A DNA stretch of 38,949 nucleotides from Hydrurus foetidus. Its lineage: Eukaryota. Both the position numbers and the translations under genes were made by a program. Of this stretch, positions 33,245 through 38,949 are shown one piece after another; the stretch's first letter is position 1; each line of letters begins with the position of its first letter. The DNA is taken from positions 1 through 38,949 of the forward strand of contig UYFQ01000366.1 in the NCBI GenBank assembly GCA_900617105.1, read 5' to 3'. The notes under the pieces are model-generated. The model did no database searches, was not told the origin of the DNA, and saw only the letters and a program-made list of their open reading frames with translations.

Positions 33245-35102
33245 GCATTCACCATCGTAAGAATGAAAAAGGATTTTTAAATCGCAAATTTCGTTATTTA
33301 GATAGCATTGGCCATCAAGACCGCTGCAAACAGTTATGGCTTTAAGAGCAGGATAACATAAGTGAGTGGCATTTAATTTTTGAATCATGTCATATGAAAT
33401 AAAATTGTCCGAATAATTGGCCGTATCCATTACGGCCTTCCCCGCGGCGCGCAGCTCGCTAGCTGGGCCTGTCCTGTCCTTATCCTGCACAATAACCGTA
33501 ACGTTAAGGTGGTGAGAAGCGAGGATGGAAGGGGTATGTAAAAATTCTTCACGAATAGGTACAAGTGGCTGCACTTCGAGATGATCATCAGTCAGATTAA
33601 AGACATCATCATCGAATGTGGCAGCCACACAGTCATGGGCAAGGTTCTTACCCTGGTGTTGTCCCGGCTGAGTGTTGGGAGGAGGGTTGTGTCCCTGCGG
33701 GGGGTTGTATTTACCCTTACCGCCGGACCCACGGCCCTGGTATTGGTTCGCATTGGGGTTTGATGGCCCCTTTGTTTCCTCTACCACCCCCCTGGTTACC
33801 CTGGTTACCATAACCAGATTGGTTCTGGGAGTTTCCTCCTTGACCCTGGTTGGTACGATCTGAACCATCCGAGGTGTTGGAGTTGTTACCAGAACCATGG
33901 CTGTTCTTGGCGCGCTTGTTGTCGTTACACATCAAGTAAGGTTTAGAACCTCTGGGGTAGAACTGAACTCGTTCCTCGTATCCCGGAAGGACGAGGTTGA
34001 GTTGCCATTCAGAGTACCCCACCGCGGCCCAAGCCATCCCCACTGTAGAACTCTCCCACTCAACTTGGTGATTCGTGTTGGAGTCGGAGTAATACAGGAT
34101 GGGGCAGTCCGCCAAATTGTGCGACGCAGCTCCGCACGACCGGCACGGACGAAACATCGGTACGAGCGGTACTTCCGTGGAAGCACGGACAGAGAGTCCG
34201 TGCTGCGTCGGAACGTACGAGCTAGGAGTACGCACAGTAGCAGTGACTGATCTCGACGAAGCGGATGGTGTAGGTGAGGGTGCTTTAGCACTCGCTCTAC
34301 TCGTCTCCTTCTTACCAACGTCTGGTGGAACTGCTGATGCAGGAAACGAGTACACCGTGTCCGGGTTGCCATAGCTTTTGATGAGGTTCATCATTGCCCT
34401 AGCCTCGGCAAGAACCTGACCAATGCGTAGCATAGTCGAATACCACGTATGAGGTGGGGAATTGTCAGCAGCTTTCGCTTTCAGGTAATCCTGTTGGATT
34501 TGACTACCCTTGGCTAGGCGCTTCTCCAATATCAATATGAGCTCAGCATGCTGAGTCTCAGATAATGGTCCCTTAGACCTCTCATAAGTGCTCACAAGTT
34601 CGTTGTAACGTACGAATGTGGCATTCTCATGATCGTGGTTAGCGATCTGATAATGGAAAGGAACTTGGCTAAAGCTCTCTGCCAGAGTACATTCTCCCAA
34701 ACCATTTGGAGAGAAGTACTTTATTATCAGTTTGGCTACCTGAAGTACCGACAATTTAGTCTGCCAATCATGGCGTTGTCGTCTATCGATGATGTTAAAT
34801 TCAGGATCGATCATGATCCTGAAATTAAGTAACTCGATTGCCTGCTTCTGCATGCAATCGGTCAGCTTCATCAACGGGTACCTCTGAGCCTGTTCGTAGA
34901 ACTCAGTCGCATCAGCTTCATCAATGAAGTTATGCCTGAGGACGAACACCTCACCCTGGAGTTGCATCGTCGAGGGGAAAGCTGGGAACAGCGAGTTCGA
35001 CATTGAGATAGTCGACTCGTTGAGCGCGGCTAAAGCTGCCAGACGTGCAATCTCCTCTTCGTCCGGATTCGGATCAGGGTTTGGGTTAGGTGGTGATGAC
35101 AT
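33245..35102 (-). CDS. Gypsy B1 gag (CCHC knuckle) and aspartic protease N-terminal part; frameshift near 33770
   Basis: 461 aa ORF with CRSCGAASHNLADC and a G/N/Q-rich tail; KAVMDTANYSDNFIS and VCSGLDGQC align with the family A protease (IDTGCQVGDVIN, MCSGLNNQC). Confidence 0.85.
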
Positions 35103-35654
35103 GTCTAATCACTTATCGATGTAAATCTCACTGAAAGTCAATGGAGATCGATAACCCCTGCTCAGAAAAAATTTTTCAAGAGCTTCGCCTCGTTCACAAA
35201 CGGGTACTGTAACGTCAGTAACAACGAATGAAGCAATTCTACCCAACTCTTGAACTGAAAAGTTCTATGGCGTGAAAGCCAAATTTAGAGTGGTAGAAAA
35301 ATTGGGTGCCTGTTAAGGTCAAAGACGTTGCTCAACGTCGACAAAAAGAAGTCTATAGACTAATCTTATGTCTCTGGTGATGAATCTGTGATTCGATCGA
35401 CCAGCGGAGCAAGTCTAAAATGACTTCTGGGAAGGATAAATCAACTTCGACCAAAATGTCAAGTTTGGAAGAGCCCAATGCACGGGGATTCCAAGAAAGC
35501 AGTTACTCTGACTTTCTCTAACTTAGACTAGGTCTTCTGAGCCAATGGCTGCAGAAGAGAACGGCTCGAAAGTCGTTGAGCAAACGCTCAGAAGTCTTAT
35601 CTACAGGTTGGGACGAGTAGACGGAATGAGAGGTAGCAGAGAAAAGAGTGGACT

Positions 35655-35666
35655 AATAGCGCTATT
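35655..35666. promoter_or_regulatory. Perfect 12 bp palindrome AATAGCGCTATT at the primer-binding-site position of Gypsy B1
   Basis: Abuts the 5' LTR and overlaps it by 1 nt; no TGG-initiated tRNA-type PBS. The sequence is observed; its function is inferred. Confidence 0.75.
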
Positions 35667-35873
35667 GTAGTCCAGATAGGAAGTAGGTCGATAGAGGAGA
35701 GGTGTTAGTTAGTTACAAGGCTACGAGCTAGAAGCTAGGATAACTTCTACGAGTAGGCTAGAGCTAGCTAGCAGCTGCGCTAGAGATGTATGTGTACAGT
35801 AGGCGGTAGGATCGGATGGATCGGGACAAGGTCCGGTACGGCCCGTAGGCCCGGTATAGCCGGTCCGACCACA
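35666..35873 (-). repeat. 5' LTR of Gypsy B1 (208 bp)
   Basis: Identical by eye to 30626-30833. Confidence 0.97.
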
Positions 35874-35877
35874 CGGT

Positions 35878-36387
35878 ACAAACGGCATAATCCCCGTAGG
35901 CGGCACGAAAGTCCAAGTTCCCGTCAATCCTCCGTCCTGAAAATATTTCTCTCGGCGAAAGACCCCCGGGCCTTGATCCTGACTGCTGACAGTTAATGCG
36001 GGAGACGCAGAATAGTGCTAGGTAGGTTAGACAGAGTTCAGTAGGAGTGAATGGAATTCTACCGTTGATGTGAGCGCGTGCTCGCTCCTTCACCATTTGA
36101 ATCCGCCGTTCGATTCTAGCCACGTGACCGCCAGCTGCACTGACATCTACCTCGATTCCCAGCGCTAGCAAATCAAGCCGCATTTTGCCGATTGCACCCT
36201 CACCGTCTGACATGATGACTTGCACTATGAAGTTTCTGGATTTGAGTATCGATATCATTTCATTCAGCGCCGGCTTCACAATCGCAGCAGCTCGTGAGGT
36301 CTTTTCAGTGTCGAGTCGCATAAGACTCACGGCGAGAGTCATGTCCAGAGGGGTTGAAACCGCGATCAGTATCGCTGTGGTCTCCAA
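35878..36387 (-). CDS. Copia B integrase core fragment between the two Gypsy B insertions
   Basis: IMSDGEG and GGHVARIERRIQMVKER; continues as GDYAVCT-VPNTNNTMQSRTEDC across the B1 insertion. Confidence 0.88.
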
Positions 36388-36595
36388 TGTAGTCCGGATA
36401 GGAAGTAGGTCGATAGAGGAGAGGTGTCAGTTAGTTACAAGGCTACGAGCTAGAAGCTAGGATAACTTCTACGAGTAGGCTAGAGCTAGCTAGCAGCTGC
36501 GCTAGAGATGTATGTGTACAGTAGGCGGTAGGATCGGATGGATCGGGACAAGGTCCGGTACGGCCCGTAGGCCCGGTATAGCCGGTCCGACCACA
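36388..36595 (-). repeat. 3' LTR of Gypsy B2 (208 bp)
   Basis: Matches the B1 LTRs except for substitutions at 36396 and 36428. Confidence 0.96.
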
Positions 36596-36928
36596 TCACC
36601 CCCACTTATCTTTTTTTCTGAAGAAAAAGAACCACGTTTTGTACAAAAAATCTAATAAGGCTAAAACTAACTAAAGGAATAATAAAGAAAAAGATTACAA
36701 ATATGTAAATCTAATAATACATTGAAATGTATAAAAATAAAAATCTATACAAATAGACTTGGTGGTGGGTCGGTCGAGGCGATAAGGTGGGTGCCTAGTA
36801 CCATGTACTTGCGCACGAGACCTCGATACGTAATTATGTCAGATTTTTACTGACTAAAACCATAAAAACCTCATAGAGGGAAAAATTAGGAAAAATCTTC
36901 AAAAGATAATACGTTCGAGATCAGCAAC

Positions 36929-38949
36929 TTAGGCTGATGTCTCAATGTTTCTGGGAATGAAATGTTTCATTTTGTTATCCCGTAAATAATCATGGAGTGC
37001 TTCACAGAGCCGTAGTGATTTCCACGGCTCCCATGTATTATGAGAATCATCGTAGTTGAGCCATTTAACATGGAACGACATTGTAGTCGGTTTCTTGGTG
37101 TCACCAGCGTGACCCAGAACTTTCTCAACCACGAACTCCATGTAATCGCGACGAGCAGTGTCAGCAGGTATATCTACCTCTGAGTCATAATTGAATATCT
37201 TCAAATTTTTGACATGAACACTTCGTGTCTTGTGGTTAACAAGGTTAGCGATAACATACTCGGACCCCTTGAAGGAGACAATACAGTAAGGGCCATGCCA
37301 CTTAGTATGTAATCGAGTTGGAGGTCGATCAGTGTATCGGCATAAGACATATGACCCCACGGGGAACACAGTCGCTGATTCAGCTGACGCGGCATTTTTA
37401 GCATCCGCTGTTAACAAAGTTTGAACAGCAGTTTCAAGTACTTTGTCTTGTACACTTATCAAATCTGATATGTACGTTGATCTTGAATGTGTTCCAACAC
37501 TTAAATGTGGAGTGAGAATACCACGATTCAAATCAAGTTTGTTTCCGAACAGTAAATGAGCGGGGCAGACACCTGTGCGTCTATTAACGGAACCGTTAAT
37601 GATACGTTGCACGAATGGGATTGACTTAGCATATCCCTCAAGGGTTTGTTTATCAAAAACTAAACCTCTTAAGTGTCTATTCACCTCTTTGTTGACTCTT
37701 TCAACAATTGCATTCTCTTGTTTCGAGTAAGCAAGGGTGAGATTATGTGGTGTCCCACAAAGATCTAAGAAATCTTTGATCAAATCATTTGCGAAATGTG
37801 ATCCTCGATCAGATCTAATCATATTTGGTGAACCAAATCGACCAAAATGCGCAAGCAAACAGTCAGCTGCTGATTTAGCATCTGCGTTTGCACACCAGAA
37901 CAATTCTGTCCATCGTGTGAATGTATCGATGATGACAAGGATATAACCTTTGTCAGGAAATGGACCAATAAAGTCAACATTTAGCGTATCGAAGATAGCA
38001 TAATTTGAAGTTGCAAAGTGAGACGCATTGATCTTAGGATCTTTTGCGCTCAACTTTTGACAACACGGACAGTTCTGTATGAACGTACGTACATGTTGTT
38101 TCATGTGTTTCCATACTTGTTGTAAACTAAACAACCGAGTAAGGGTACGGTCGACGCCGTTGTGACCGACAATTGCATTGTGGCACATTTGAATGTATTC
38201 TAACTGATCGTCTGAAGCTGGTTCTATGACCGTCAGAGCTGATACAGTGAAAGAAGATGATGAAGTAGGAAGTAATTCCAATTCTTTTGTTCGTAATGGC
38301 AGAGCAATTTCAGTCAAATTAGGACAAAGCCTTGACAGTGCGTCTGCCAAAACATTCGAAGTCCCGGGTACGAATACCACGGTAAAAACTAGTTCTTGCA
38401 TAGCAACGAACCATCTCGGCACCATTGAGGTAGGATTTTGTTTCATATATGTAATGTTCAAATGATCTGTAGGGATAGTGAACGTACGATCTCTGATTAG
38501 ATAATCGAGTTGTGTACAACAAAAGAAGATGGCATAAGCCTCTTTTTGTATCGTAGACCACCTTATTTGTGTGGGTGTCAACGATTTGCTAATGAAAGCA
38601 ATTGGTTGCCAAATGGCACCAACAACTTGGAATAAGACTCCACCGATACCAAAGTCGGATGCGTCTGTATACAAGCGGATGTCTAACTTATTGTCATCAA
38701 TGAAGTACATTAATGGACAACGAGATATAGCAATCTTTGTGTCAACAAATGAGTTGGTGCTCTTTTGAGTCCAAACTACAGCAGAACGTCTCGGAGCAGA
38801 GTGATCAATCATATCCTGCATTGGCTTAACCAAAGTGGAGTGCATTGGTACAAACTGTCTAAAATAGTTCGCTAAACCAAAAAATGACCTGAGTAAGGTT
38901 AAATTTTTAGGTATAGAGAAGTTTAAAACTGTTTCTATCTTCTCTTTTG
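36929..38949 (-). CDS. Gypsy B2 pol, partial: RNase H, integrase, chromodomain
   Basis: 638 aa ORF with TDASDFGIG, QKEAYA, HHCC, DDE, GPY and chromodomain; the frame continues to the window edge. Confidence 0.95.
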   Translation of the reverse strand, partial: KEKIETVLNFSIPKNLTLLRSFFGLANYFRQFVPMHSTLVKPMQDMIDHSAPRRSAVVWTQKSTNSFVDTKIAISRCPLMYFIDDNKLDIRLYTDASDFGIGGVLFQVVGAIWQPIAFISKSLTPTQIRWSTIQKEAYAIFFCCTQLDYLIRDRTFTIPTDHLNITYMKQNPTSMVPRWFVAMQELVFTVVFVPGTSNVLADALSRLCPNLTEIALPLRTKELELLPTSSSSFTVSALTVIEPASDDQLEYIQMCHNAIVGHNGVDRTLTRLFSLQQVWKHMKQHVRTFIQNCPCCQKLSAKDPKINASHFATSNYAIFDTLNVDFIGPFPDKGYILVIIDTFTRWTELFWCANADAKSAADCLLAHFGRFGSPNMIRSDRGSHFANDLIKDFLDLCGTPHNLTLAYSKQENAIVERVNKEVNRHLRGLVFDKQTLEGYAKSIPFVQRIINGSVNRRTGVCPAHLLFGNKLDLNRGILTPHLSVGTHSRSTYISDLISVQDKVLETAVQTLLTADAKNAASAESATVFPVGSYVLCRYTDRPPTRLHTKWHGPYCIVSFKGSEYVIANLVNHKTRSVHVKNLKIFNYDSEVDIPADTARRDYMEFVVEKVLGHAGDTKKPTTMSFHVKWLNYDDSHNTWEPWKSLRLCEALHDYLRDNKMKHFIPRNIETSA

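Larger units (their letters stand above)
30626..35873 (-). mobile_element. Ty3/Gypsy chromodomain retrotransposon family B, copy 1 (5248 bp, RT core deleted)
   Basis: Identical 208 bp LTRs; CGGT at 30622-30625 and 35874-35877 (4 bp TSD); gag-PR-(deletion)-RH-IN-chromodomain. Confidence 0.97.
27734..36387 (-). mobile_element. Ty1/Copia retrotransposon (Copia B), interrupted by two Gypsy B insertions; 5' part lies beyond the window
   Basis: IN-RT-RH order, candidate 3' LTR; the pol frame is restored when Gypsy B1 and one TSD copy are removed. Confidence 0.9.
36388..38949 (-). mobile_element. Gypsy family B, copy 2 (3' part; runs off the window)
   Basis: 3' LTR at 36388-36595 and an RH-IN-chromodomain region nearly identical to B1. 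Confidence 0.96.

Noticed and set aside
1..38949. CRISPR arrays, rRNA, tRNA or prokaryotic operons
   Set aside because: No repeat-spacer array or RNA gene was recognised; the locus is eukaryotic and its repeats are explained by LTRs, TIRs and duplications.

Overview
Eukaryotic genomic DNA with spliceosomal introns; a stramenopile is plausible from the diatom-type Copia, but that is inference. A three-gene host island (GET4; a kinase-zinc finger-PP2C fusion; a diacylglycerol lipase) sits between two transposon nests. Left nest: a decayed CoDi-like Copia interrupted by a 9.05 kb chromodomain Gypsy (family A; identical 217 bp LTRs, 4 bp TSD, internal gag-protease duplication), followed by a Tc1/IS630 DD34E pseudogene, a ~965 bp foldback element, a small MITE and a complete PIF/Harbinger element. 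Right nest: a young Copia whose integrase is hit twice by a second chromodomain Gypsy (family B; 208 bp LTRs, 4 bp TSD in the complete copy, which lacks the RT core). The most striking observation is that neither Gypsy family has a tRNA-type primer-binding site. Each instead has a different perfect 12 bp palindrome of the form AATA-NNNN-TATT in exactly the same register at the 5' LTR boundary, which suggests a possible tRNA-independent, palindrome- or dimer-based priming mechanism. All coordinates were counted by hand and no database search was possible.
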